Source: a virus
IMG/VR virus record: IMGVR_UViG_3300048597_000624
Span: 1-64,000 of that record
DNA: 64,000 nucleotides
Direction: 5' to 3' (one strand)
Numbering within the stretch: position 1 is the first letter of the stretch; the number at the start of each line of letters is the position of its first letter. The translations under genes were made by a program, and so were the position numbers. Under the pieces are notes generated by a model that was not told the origin of the DNA, made no database searches, and saw only the letters and a list, made by a program, of their open reading frames with translations. Below are positions 37,438-45,748 of the stretch, piece by piece.

Positions 37438-39125
37438 AGGATCCCGTCAATGAACGCCGATCCTGGAATCGTGTTGTCGTCAGCATTGGTGCTGTCGTAA
37501 GCCCGCGACCCCATGCGCAGTCTTTCGAGTCGCGACAATGATTTTGTCAGCGCGAATTTGTATTCAGCTTCAATGCGGTAAAGCAACTTTTTCACGTCGG
37601 CTGTGAGTTGCGGCGCGTGCGGGATGATGCTTACGTCCATCAGAACCGCCACGCCGGGCGCTTCGTTGTAATTCGCGAATGACGGTAGCTGCGGTGGTTC
37701 TCCTACCCGCTCCGCCTTGATCTTCACATGCCGATACGTAAGCCCGCCGCCTGGCTTTGTTAGCTGAACAACGAAGACATCATCGTCGCTGTCGCCGCCT
37801 CCAGCGATCGGCAGGGCGATGCGGTACGGATTGTGCTCGTATCGCCCAGACACTTCGTACACAGTGTAAATGGCTTGCTTGTGCTCTTCGCTGTATGGAC
37901 CCGCCTGCTTGGGTAAATCGCCGTAGGTGACTTGCGGCTCTGGCGCGTTTGATTCTTCGGGAACGTTCTCTGACTGTTCGGTGGCTTCGGTCTTGAAGAT
38001 CGAATGCTCGTCATTGCAAGGCGATTGCCAATACGAAACGAATAGTCCGATTGGAGATGCTTCTCCAGTAACGGGAGGGACTGGCGACCGAAAGCGGTTG
38101 TACTCGTCTATCGAGACAGGCTTGCCCATCATGCTCAATGGGTCGTTGATGTTGAAGGCAACTCCTTCTCCGGACTGATTGTGGAGAATTCGGACAACCA
38201 TTCCGACTCGATTTTCATGCAGATAGTCAACGATTGAGGCGTTGAGAATGAAATACTGATTGTTTCCCATTGCCGCTAGCGCCAGTTTGTTTTCGATAAC
38301 TTGAGCGCATGAGACAAGCAGCGCAGTCTTGCTTGCCGATGGTGGGCCTGTTAGCTCAATTTCAACTTCTCCGTGAGTGACAATTCCATCAGGCGAACTT
38401 GTGGTATGCCTTGCCGTCCACGACGTGGCACCACCCGGCGCGGCATACGGTATCTGGCGGTCAACGATCGTGTAGTCGATCGTAAGTCCAGCGGTGTCCA
38501 CGTTGAAGTTCATTGAATGCCGCTTAAAGCCTGGCTGTAATGGAGGAACGACCAGGTTGCGGAATGCGTGAGGTTCCATGTTGACCGTACTGACTTGAAG
38601 TCTCCCCGCGATTGTCCGCGTGCAGTACCAGTCTCCATCGTAGTCGTCGATGCTCGACCATCGGTTCGATAGAACTCCGCTAATGTTCGTCGCGTCTTCG
38701 CAGATCAGGCGACAAACCTCAATCGTAAATTCAATGCGGAGAATTCTTGCGCCGGCAGCGTGGGTGATCTTCACTCCAGACGGCTTGGGGCCGCTATTCA
38801 AATCCCACTTACTGCGCTCTTCCGAATCTGACGGAAGCGCCCGAAGGATTACCTCCTCGCCAATTTTGTACTCAAACTCCCGGCGCGGTTCATTCAAGCG
38901 ATCTTGAATCGCCCGAAAGTTATTCGCCATGTTTGTGTTTCCAGGAGAAGCCCCCAGGTAGGGAGAAAGAAACTCCGGGTGAACCAAACCGGACACGGTA
39001 ATACGGAAGCGATGATAGAGAAGATCCGTTCCGGAAGGGTCGTATATTGGTTCCTGGGAGAACTCCTTGGTCAGGACGTTTGTTAGGCCAATTCCGTTGT
39101 AGGTGACCTTCGTGTCGTCAGACAT
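37434..39125 (-). CDS. Putative tail protein
   Basis: 563 aa directly after tape-measure-position gene. Confidence 0.55.
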   Translation of the reverse strand: MSDDTKVTYNGIGLTNVLTKEFSQEPIYDPSGTDLLYHRFRITVSGLVHPEFLSPYLGASPGNTNMANNFRAIQDRLNEPRREFEYKIGEEVILRALPSDSEERSKWDLNSGPKPSGVKITHAAGARILRIEFTIEVCRLICEDATNISGVLSNRWSSIDDYDGDWYCTRTIAGRLQVSTVNMEPHAFRNLVVPPLQPGFKRHSMNFNVDTAGLTIDYTIVDRQIPYAAPGGATSWTARHTTSSPDGIVTHGEVEIELTGPPSASKTALLVSCAQVIENKLALAAMGNNQYFILNASIVDYLHENRVGMVVRILHNQSGEGVAFNINDPLSMMGKPVSIDEYNRFRSPVPPVTGEASPIGLFVSYWQSPCNDEHSIFKTEATEQSENVPEESNAPEPQVTYGDLPKQAGPYSEEHKQAIYTVYEVSGRYEHNPYRIALPIAGGGDSDDDVFVVQLTKPGGGLTYRHVKIKAERVGEPPQLPSFANYNEAPGVAVLMDVSIIPHAPQLTADVKKLLYRIEAEYKFALTKSLSRLERLRMGSRAYDSTNADDNTIPGSAFIDGIL

Positions 39126-39139
39126 CTCTCACTCTCTTC

Positions 39140-40336
39140 CTAGTCCCGTTCGTCTTGTCGTTCGCGCTGGTTCCGACCTTTCTGGCCATTCGGAGCTTGC
39201 CCCCACCGGACGGTATTAAACTTTCCATTCGCCATGTCGCGCAACGCTTGATTCCACACGCCGGTAGTCTTTGCATTTCCGTTCGCAATTCCTCGGTCAA
39301 TATTTTGAAGCAATTGCACAATCGGATTAAGTCCAAGCTCTGCAGTCTTGGTCTGCAACCATGCCCAAATTGCAACCAGCTTTGCGGCGATAGTGGCGAG
39401 AACGTTTAAAGTGTTTGCCAGTTGCTGCTGGAGAGGGTGCAGTTGAGTTCTCATGTCGTTGATGGCATCGGCCAACATCTTAGTTGATCGTTCAGTTCCG
39501 GATGCCATCTGGTATTGACGCTGCATGTCCGATCGTTCGAGTTCTGCGAAAGCTCTCGCGATTCCCCCGCTGTATCGCTTCAGGCCCTCCTGCGATCTGA
39601 GTTGCGTATCAGCAAATTGCTTGCTCGCCACACCAGCAGCAAGCAACGAGCCGGCCGCCGCGCTCCCGGCCGTAGCGAGAGTGGCCATCGCCATCGCTGA
39701 CTTTTCAATCCGCTCGTCTTGCTCCTTCCTCGCCCGCTCCGCATCCGCCGAATCCGCCTCATCGGCCATCCCGCCGCCGATGATGTCCCCATACTGCTCC
39801 TTGTAGCCCGCGCGACGCTCCGCCCTCTGAACATCCGTCAGCGGACTCGCGGGGGCACCGTCCGCAGCGGTCGCCACGCCTTGGGACCGCTGCCGTAGCG
39901 ATTGCTGGACAAGGTTGGCCAACCGCTGGAACGTGCTGCGATCGTTCTTGGCCGGCGCGTTCGGCTCGGATGGAGCCTGCGATCGAGGCTGCTGTGACGG
40001 CTGGGCGAACGACCGAAATCCAGTCTCGCGCCCCTCCGCAGGACGAATCCCGTACTCCCCGCTCGCCGACGGCGTGTACTTCCCCGTCTCGACTGGACGG
40101 ATGCCGTATTCACTCCCCGACCCCGGCGACAGGTACTGATTGACTTTGCGTCCCGCGCGAGCCGCCAAGTCTCCCAAGCCTTCGTTGCGAACTACCTGGG
40201 CGGTCTGAGCGACAACCGGGCGAGCGGCTGCCGCGGCTCGAGTGAGCAAGCCGGAACCGGCCCGGGCGGCAATGGGGGCGATCTTCGGAATAAGTCCGGT
40301 CGCCATCGAAGCCAGCAGTGCCAATGGGGCGCCCAT
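39140..40336 (-). CDS. Tape-measure-position protein, short (398 aa)
   Basis: Ala/Gln-rich helical protein immediately after the chaperone frameshift gene. Confidence 0.55.
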   Translation of the reverse strand: MGAPLALLASMATGLIPKIAPIAARAGSGLLTRAAAAARPVVAQTAQVVRNEGLGDLAARAGRKVNQYLSPGSGSEYGIRPVETGKYTPSASGEYGIRPAEGRETGFRSFAQPSQQPRSQAPSEPNAPAKNDRSTFQRLANLVQQSLRQRSQGVATAADGAPASPLTDVQRAERRAGYKEQYGDIIGGGMADEADSADAERARKEQDERIEKSAMAMATLATAGSAAAGSLLAAGVASKQFADTQLRSQEGLKRYSGGIARAFAELERSDMQRQYQMASGTERSTKMLADAINDMRTQLHPLQQQLANTLNVLATIAAKLVAIWAWLQTKTAELGLNPIVQLLQNIDRGIANGNAKTTGVWNQALRDMANGKFNTVRWGQAPNGQKGRNQRERQDERD

Positions 40337-40992
40337 TTACTGAACCCTCGTATCACGCGTCTCGTTCAGACGGGCATGAGTCTCCGCCATTGCGTAGAGC
40401 GCGGCTCCCTCGTCGTCCGATTCCGCCATGGCGCAGAACACAGCTTCGCTCAGCATGTCACTGCCATGCGACTTGAACGCCTCTACGATGCGCTGGCGGG
40501 CTCGGATTTCGGCTCGGCTTCGGTTGAGCCAGAATCCGACGACTCGTTCGTAGCCCCCTCCTGCGTCGTCTCCGTCAACTCCGCCGATGCCTCCTGGGAA
40601 GCATCCGCCGGCGACGTCAAAGCCGTAACAGACGGCGAGGTCAGAGTCTGGCTGGTACTTTTTTTTAGCCCCGCCAAGTACTCCATAAAGTCGACGAACA
40701 GTTGGACGGTTTCGCTTTCGGTCGCGCCATGCTGCGTACCGTCGGCGTCTTCCGTCCATTCCTTTAGACCGAAGATATCCCGCATGGCGACGATCAGGCG
40801 GCTCTGGGCTTCGAGGTCGCCGGCATCGATCAATGCCGGATCCGACGTCAGATTGAACGAGTTGTGCATCCCCAGCTTGCGGTGGGCAGCAATCGGATCG
40901 ATCGCGCGATTGATTTCTCCCGGCTTCTCTCCGTCGCTGTATCGAAAGATTTCCCGGGTTGGTTTGTTGTCCGTCATGGTCCCGCTGTACAT
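40337..40992 (-). CDS. Tail assembly chaperone pair (short form stops at 40483; -1 frameshift form ends at 40337)
   Basis: A8 run at 40659..40666 read CTA AAA AAA AGT; -1 frame is open to a TAA abutting the next ATG. Confidence 0.7.
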
Positions 40993-41019
40993 GGATAGCG
41001 CCTTTCCATCTCTTCAAAA

Positions 41020-41502
41020 CTAGGAAGTCACTGCGTTTCGAAGCACTCCCGAACCGTTCTTGTGGGCTTCGAACTCGCAGACGAACCGAGAATATTTGGT
41101 ACCCCGATTGCAGTTGATTGCTCCGCGCACAAACACCCGCGGGTAGTTTCGCGGAAGCAGCGTGGACGCGATCAGCAAGCGAATCGTCTTGCTGTCCTGG
41201 AACATGAGCGTGCCTGGAGTGCCAGGGGTGCCGGCCGTTCCGCCAGCCAGGCGAGCTTCCACCTTGGCGGCAACCGTAGAATCCCACTTGGTGAGCTCCA
41301 TGCGGATGCGGGCAATTTCCCCCAGGTACTGGACGTCGATCGGCGGGCCATCATCGCCGCCGTGCTGGTCGCCAGGGACGTCGAGGAAAAAGCCCTCTTC
41401 GTCGATGACGATGCCGTTGTCGGAGTAGCCGAGATCTTCCAGGCCGGCTCCAGCGTCGATACGGACCAGAGCCGGGCCGGGAACGATGACTGCAAGTGCC
41501 AT
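41020..41502 (-). CDS. Major tail tube protein
   Basis: LGYS...G, D-rich loop, 160 aa, between adaptor and chaperone. Confidence 0.7.
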   Translation of the reverse strand: MALAVIVPGPALVRIDAGAGLEDLGYSDNGIVIDEEGFFLDVPGDQHGGDDGPPIDVQYLGEIARIRMELTKWDSTVAAKVEARLAGGTAGTPGTPGTLMFQDSKTIRLLIASTLLPRNYPRVFVRGAINCNRGTKYSRFVCEFEAHKNGSGVLRNAVTS

Positions 41503-41520
41503 GGCTTAAATCCCTCTCGT

Positions 41521-42027
41521 TCAACCAGCCGACAGCGGCGACGGACGCCGCGCGGGGTAAAAGTTTCGGACGTTGTCGCGAAGTAAGTTCTGGTTCCGCA
41601 CCGCCGATATCGAGGGCGTCAGCGCCTTGGGCAGGGCCGCGTCCTGCTGCGGTTCGAGGTTGAAGACATTCCGCCCCCGGCGCAAATCCTCGAGGTGGGC
41701 CTCGGCACGATCCATCGCCGCGACTCGCGCTTCGCTGGCTCCATCCGGGCGCCGCTCCATGAGCATCCCCATGGCGACTTCGCAGGTGATGCGCTTCAGA
41801 TACGCCTGCGAGTTGTCGGTGAGGCTCGACAAGTCCGCGACCGTGTACCGCTTGCCGACCAGCAGCGCCGCTTCGATACGGCCGCTGGCGTCTTCGAGAA
41901 TCGCGAGCAGCCGATCGTCGGTTGCCAGGTCAACTTCCTCGACTCGCGTACCGTCCCCGACCAAGTCGCCGATCTCGCGACTATCGAACCGGACGATCAT
42001 GTCGGCGGGGTCGGCGTAAGAGGCCAT
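41521..42027 (-). CDS. Head-tail adaptor, Mu gp36/DUF1320-like (start re-called at MASYAD)
   Basis: YADPADM..RF, LEDASGRIEAAL...Y, AEAHLEDLRRG. Confidence 0.75.
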   Translation of the reverse strand: MASYADPADMIVRFDSREIGDLVGDGTRVEEVDLATDDRLLAILEDASGRIEAALLVGKRYTVADLSSLTDNSQAYLKRITCEVAMGMLMERRPDGASEARVAAMDRAEAHLEDLRRGRNVFNLEPQQDAALPKALTPSISAVRNQNLLRDNVRNFYPARRPSPLSAG

Positions 42028-42115
42028 ATCAACCAGCGAGTAAAAGAGAGAAGCTCTGGCGGGCGTGTTCGGCGCCACCCGCCAGAGCAAGCGAGCCAGC
42101 AAACATCAAGACGGA

Positions 42116-43165
42116 TCAGTCGCAGGCACCGGTGAACAAGAACCCAGTGACGGGAGCCGTCACGATGGTGTCGTAGTTCTCGGTGATGCGACCCTTGGTG
42201 CGGCGGTTGTCGGGGTCGTCCTTCGTCTCGATCGTCATCTCCTCTTTCATGAAGATGGTGATCGTCGAGAACGAGGGAGCGCCTTCCACACCAACCAGTC
42301 CGCCCGGTCGAGCGCACATGAACGGCGTTGTGTCAGGCAGCACGAAACCGCGGCTGGTGGTCGCACCCTTTTGCGTCGAAACGCGAACGGTCTTTTCGAC
42401 CACAAGCGGGAAGCCATACAGCTTGTCCGGGAGTCCGAACATCGAATTGCCGCCGGCCAACTCGCCGCGGATTTGCGGGAGAGCGTCCGGGCTGCCCTTG
42501 ATGTGGTCAACGATCTCTTGCGCGACCGCCAGCTTGCGGGCCAAGCCCGGGCTGATGACGACAACCAAATCGTTGATGTCGATCGCGGCCAGCGTGTCCT
42601 TGAGGATCAACTCGGCCGCGTGATTCAGCGACCGCTTGATCGACTGGGCCGCCGTGGTCGAGACGTCCCACTTGGTCGACACGCCGGTGATCGAACCGCC
42701 GGTCACAGCGCTCACGTGTGTCGAATCGTAGTTGCCGGAGGTCGTCGCAGCGGTGATCGCTCGCAACGTGCGGGCGGTCATCATCCGTTGGGCGTGGATC
42801 CGGCTGTGGGCCGCGATGATGTCCCACGTCGCCTGTTCGGACGTCAAGTAGCCGATATTGAACCCGGTCGCGATGCGTTTCGCAGCGTAGGCCAGGTATT
42901 CGTGCGACTCGGTGCCGTCGTTGAAATCCGGCGACTCGTTTCCGTCCGGCCATTGCAGGTCGGCCAGATTGGAGTTGACCAGGCGGCCAGCCTGTTCGAC
43001 CGTCATTTTCATGTAATAGCCGACCATCTTGTCGACTGGGACGATTTGGGCGTATCGATTGACCGCGAAATCCTTAACATTCCGCGAGAAATCGACGACC
43101 ATTTTTCCACTCGCTTCGTGCGAGGGGACGTAGGTGTTGTTTGCGCCTGGAAGTGTGGCTGCCAC
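42116..43165 (-). CDS. Major capsid protein
   Basis: 349 aa after decoration gene, ends GFLFTGA; GGAGA RBS before GTG. Confidence 0.8.
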   Translation of the reverse strand: MAATLPGANNTYVPSHEASGKMVVDFSRNVKDFAVNRYAQIVPVDKMVGYYMKMTVEQAGRLVNSNLADLQWPDGNESPDFNDGTESHEYLAYAAKRIATGFNIGYLTSEQATWDIIAAHSRIHAQRMMTARTLRAITAATTSGNYDSTHVSAVTGGSITGVSTKWDVSTTAAQSIKRSLNHAAELILKDTLAAIDINDLVVVISPGLARKLAVAQEIVDHIKGSPDALPQIRGELAGGNSMFGLPDKLYGFPLVVEKTVRVSTQKGATTSRGFVLPDTTPFMCARPGGLVGVEGAPSFSTITIFMKEEMTIETKDDPDNRRTKGRITENYDTIVTAPVTGFLFTGACD

Positions 43166-43319
43166 GGCTCATCTCCAGACCCTTCCGTCATGGTCGCTTC
43201 CGTCGTCATGTGCTATGTGCGTCTTCGCCCAGGACGGAGCCGGGCTTTTCGGGGGCCAGCCTAGACGCACTAGTTCGGTAAAAACTGTTCGGTGTGAATC
43301 GGTTGATTTGGTTGATGGA

Positions 43320-43739
43320 TTACGACAAGGCAGGGATGAACTTGAAGATCACGATTTGCACGAGGATCTTGTTGCCCGATGCCCCGGCCGACAGTGCGAT
43401 CGCACCGACGTGCTGCATGGTCGTGCCGGTGGTTGCCGCAGCAACGCCCTTGCCGTCCGCATCGGACTTGAGGTAGTCGCCGGCCACGACGTCGCCACCC
43501 AGTTCGAGCGGGCAAACGTCACCCAGGAAGTAACCCTTGAGCGCTTCGCCGGAAGCGGCCGCGTCAGCACCTGCCCCGGGAATCGGAGCGTCCTGCGCGG
43601 CTTCGCTCGAAATGCCGATGACCGGTTCGTTCGCATCGCTCTCCAGCAGCGTGTGATTCGCCGAAGTCGAATGCTTCATGAACCGGGAAGGATTGATCGT
43701 TCCGCCGGCGAGGAACGCAGGAGCAGCAGCACGAGCCAT
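43320..43739 (-). CDS. Capsid decoration/cement protein (DUF2190-like)
   Basis: IGIS, GGDVVAGDYLKSDADGKGV, VGAIAL. Confidence 0.75.
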   Translation of the reverse strand: MARAAAPAFLAGGTINPSRFMKHSTSANHTLLESDANEPVIGISSEAAQDAPIPGAGADAAASGEALKGYFLGDVCPLELGGDVVAGDYLKSDADGKGVAAATTGTTMQHVGAIALSAGASGNKILVQIVIFKFIPALS

Positions 43740-43756
43740 GATTTTGTCCTTTGCCT

Positions 43757-43815
43757 AACGAAAAAAGCCCGCGACTCGTTTACTGAGGTCGCGGGCCCGG
43801 TTGTTCCGACACCCA
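43757..43815 (-). promoter_or_regulatory. Attenuator element copy B
   Basis: TGGGTGTCGGAACAACCGGGCCCGCGAC...GTCGCGGGCTTTTTTCGTT. Confidence 0.85.
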
Positions 43816-43858
43816 ATTAAGTTGTAAGAGCCGGCTCTTTCGCCGGCGGAATCAGCGA

Positions 43859-45232
43859 TCAGGCTTTCGCGAGGGCGGCCTCGTAGGAAATGCCTTCGGA
43901 TTGAGCGATGTTGACCGCCCGCTTCGCGCGAGCCTCGGCGTCGGCATCGCTTTGCCCCGTCTTGATCGGGGGTCCGGAGTAAACCCGACGTTCGACCGGG
44001 ATGCGTTGATACCGCTCCTTGATTCGCGCTTCGTGCTTCTCGAATTGATCGTCGCTCAGTTCGATCGTCTCTTCGAGCTCGGCGGAGACGTCGAGCATGT
44101 GAGTCTTGGCCAGTTCGTCCAATCGCGAGTAGCGAACGCTGCGACGGTTCTCGCGTTCGAGCGCCGCGACACGCTGTTCGAGCACCTTGTTTTCACCGTC
44201 TTTCATGGCGTACTTCCTTTTCAAATCGACGTTTTCGCGGCGGTATTTCTCGGCCACGGTCGCGCTCGCCTTGCCATCGACGTCATCTTCGACGGAGCCG
44301 GCGGCTCGCTCGTAGAACTCTTTGGACTTGGGGTCATCCCCTTCGCACATCGCTCGCTTGAGCTTGGTGCGGTCTTCGTCGCCCAGGATGCCCAGGAAGT
44401 CCTTGGCGCCCTTGTCGTCGCCGTCTTCCTGATATTTGCGGAAGGCTTCGACGTTGGTGTCGTCGTCGGCAAGTGGAGCGGCACCCAGCCCAGCCGCATC
44501 CGCTTGGGGAACGGTCGGCGCGGGGCCAGTCTCTTCGGCCATCTTCGAAGCCGCCCACTGAAAGACGTCGGTTTGTTGAATTGCGTTCACAACCTGCTGG
44601 ATGTCTTCCGGCGTGAGAGCCATTTTGCGCTTCTCCTGAGTGGTGCCATCGGTCGGTACGAAGACGTTCGCACCACCAGGCGCGACGGCGGCATATTTGC
44701 GGACTTGGCGTCCCTTTTCGAGACGTCGGTAGTGCAGGCCGGGCGGCAACCCCAGGTCGAGGCGGGGCGTCTCGCCGGCCAGTAGTGAAATCGGGTCGAT
44801 GAATCGGTCGTGCAAGTTCTCTTCCGCCCAGACTTCGACGCTTCGGCGGGGATACTTGCGGATGACGTCGGCGCGATCCTTGAAGATTCGGAAGCGGGCG
44901 AAGATTGCCGCGCGAGGTCGTTTCCGGCCAAGGCGCCCCAGTTTGAACGGGCCAGCAAACCCAACCACTTCAGGATCTCGATCCTCTTCACCGGGATTGG
45001 GAGTGTGCCGCAGAATGATTGGCACATAATCGCCGGTGTCTTCGATCCGCAGGTTGTTGTTGTGGCACATCGATTCGAGCACCGGCAGGTCGTACACCTC
45101 GTCTTCGCCCTCGAAAGCCGTGACGTGCTCGGCGAAAACCGCGACGTCGTCCAGCACGATGAATTGCGATTCGTCCAGCGGTGCGCTGGAGAAGTCAATT
45201 TCGGCCGGGGCTTCGAGAGTGGCTGTTGCCAT
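43859..45232 (-). CDS. Prohead protease / scaffold fusion (start re-called at MATATLE)
   Basis: PIILRH, VVGF, YPRRSVE, ISLLAGETP assemblin-like motifs; acidic coiled-coil C-terminus. Confidence 0.75.
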   Translation of the reverse strand: MATATLEAPAEIDFSSAPLDESQFIVLDDVAVFAEHVTAFEGEDEVYDLPVLESMCHNNNLRIEDTGDYVPIILRHTPNPGEEDRDPEVVGFAGPFKLGRLGRKRPRAAIFARFRIFKDRADVIRKYPRRSVEVWAEENLHDRFIDPISLLAGETPRLDLGLPPGLHYRRLEKGRQVRKYAAVAPGGANVFVPTDGTTQEKRKMALTPEDIQQVVNAIQQTDVFQWAASKMAEETGPAPTVPQADAAGLGAAPLADDDTNVEAFRKYQEDGDDKGAKDFLGILGDEDRTKLKRAMCEGDDPKSKEFYERAAGSVEDDVDGKASATVAEKYRRENVDLKRKYAMKDGENKVLEQRVAALERENRRSVRYSRLDELAKTHMLDVSAELEETIELSDDQFEKHEARIKERYQRIPVERRVYSGPPIKTGQSDADAEARAKRAVNIAQSEGISYEAALAKA

Positions 45233-45241
45233 GCGAGGTAA

Positions 45242-45302
45242 CCAACAAAAAAAGGCCCGCGATTCCATTTTGGAGTCGCGGGCCCGGTTGTTCCGACACC
45301 CA
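45242..45302 (-). promoter_or_regulatory. Attenuator element copy C
   Basis: TGGGTGTCGGAACAACCGGGCCCGCGA...TCGCGGGCCTTTTTTTGTT. Confidence 0.85.
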
Positions 45303-45314
45303 ATCGCTTTGTTC

Positions 45315-45542
45315 TTACTTCAACGATTCTGAGTTGGTTGCGTGGACGACTTCGATCAGCCCGTTGTCCACGCACAGCTCGACGTTGACGCGGCCATAAT
45401 AGCCACGTCTTAAAACGTCCGTCAATAGATTCTTCAACCGCGAGTTGGCTAACGCCAGCATCCTCTGGTTCTTCTCGAAGTCCACCGTAGGGACTTCAGG
45501 CGACGTCGTTGTACCACTCAAATCAGAATTCTCCTCGGTCAA
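45315..45542 (-). CDS. Small DUF2292/YezD-like protein, candidate antiterminator
   Basis: LRRGYYGRVNVELCVDNGLIEVV...ESLK; stop is 13 nt upstream of attenuator C. Confidence 0.55.
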   Translation of the reverse strand: MTEENSDLSGTTTSPEVPTVDFEKNQRMLALANSRLKNLLTDVLRRGYYGRVNVELCVDNGLIEVVHATNSESLK

Positions 45543-45568
45543 AAGCCGTCCCGGCCGGCCGAGTTTAC

Positions 45569-45748
45569 TTAGGATGTTTTGCGGTTCTTCCGCTTCACTG
45601 TGCTCGCGTTGACCTTGGCTGCCTGCGCCTTGGAAGCCTTGGACTTGCGGCGGTACGTCTCTTTCTCGCTGGGCTTGGTCATTACCGCATCGCCCATGAA
45701 GCCTGGTCCACGGATCGGCGTATCGAAGATCTCAGGTAGATCGGCCAT
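45569..45748 (-). CDS. 59-aa basic protein missing from ORF track
   Basis: MADLPEIFDTPIRGPGFMGDAVMTKPSEKETYRRKSKASKAQAAKVNASTVKRKNRKTS; TGATG coupling to portal stop. Confidence 0.6.
   Translation of the reverse strand: MADLPEIFDTPIRGPGFMGDAVMTKPSEKETYRRKSKASKAQAAKVNASTVKRKNRKTS

Noticed and set aside
40667-41287. Upstream part of the 316-aa ORF 40337..41287
   Set aside because: Overlaps tail tube and chaperone; only the part after the slippery site is plausible
36126-45302. 25-nt identical repeats as CRISPR or REP elements
   Set aside because: Spaced by kilobases, no spacers or cas genes, all same strand and fused to terminators
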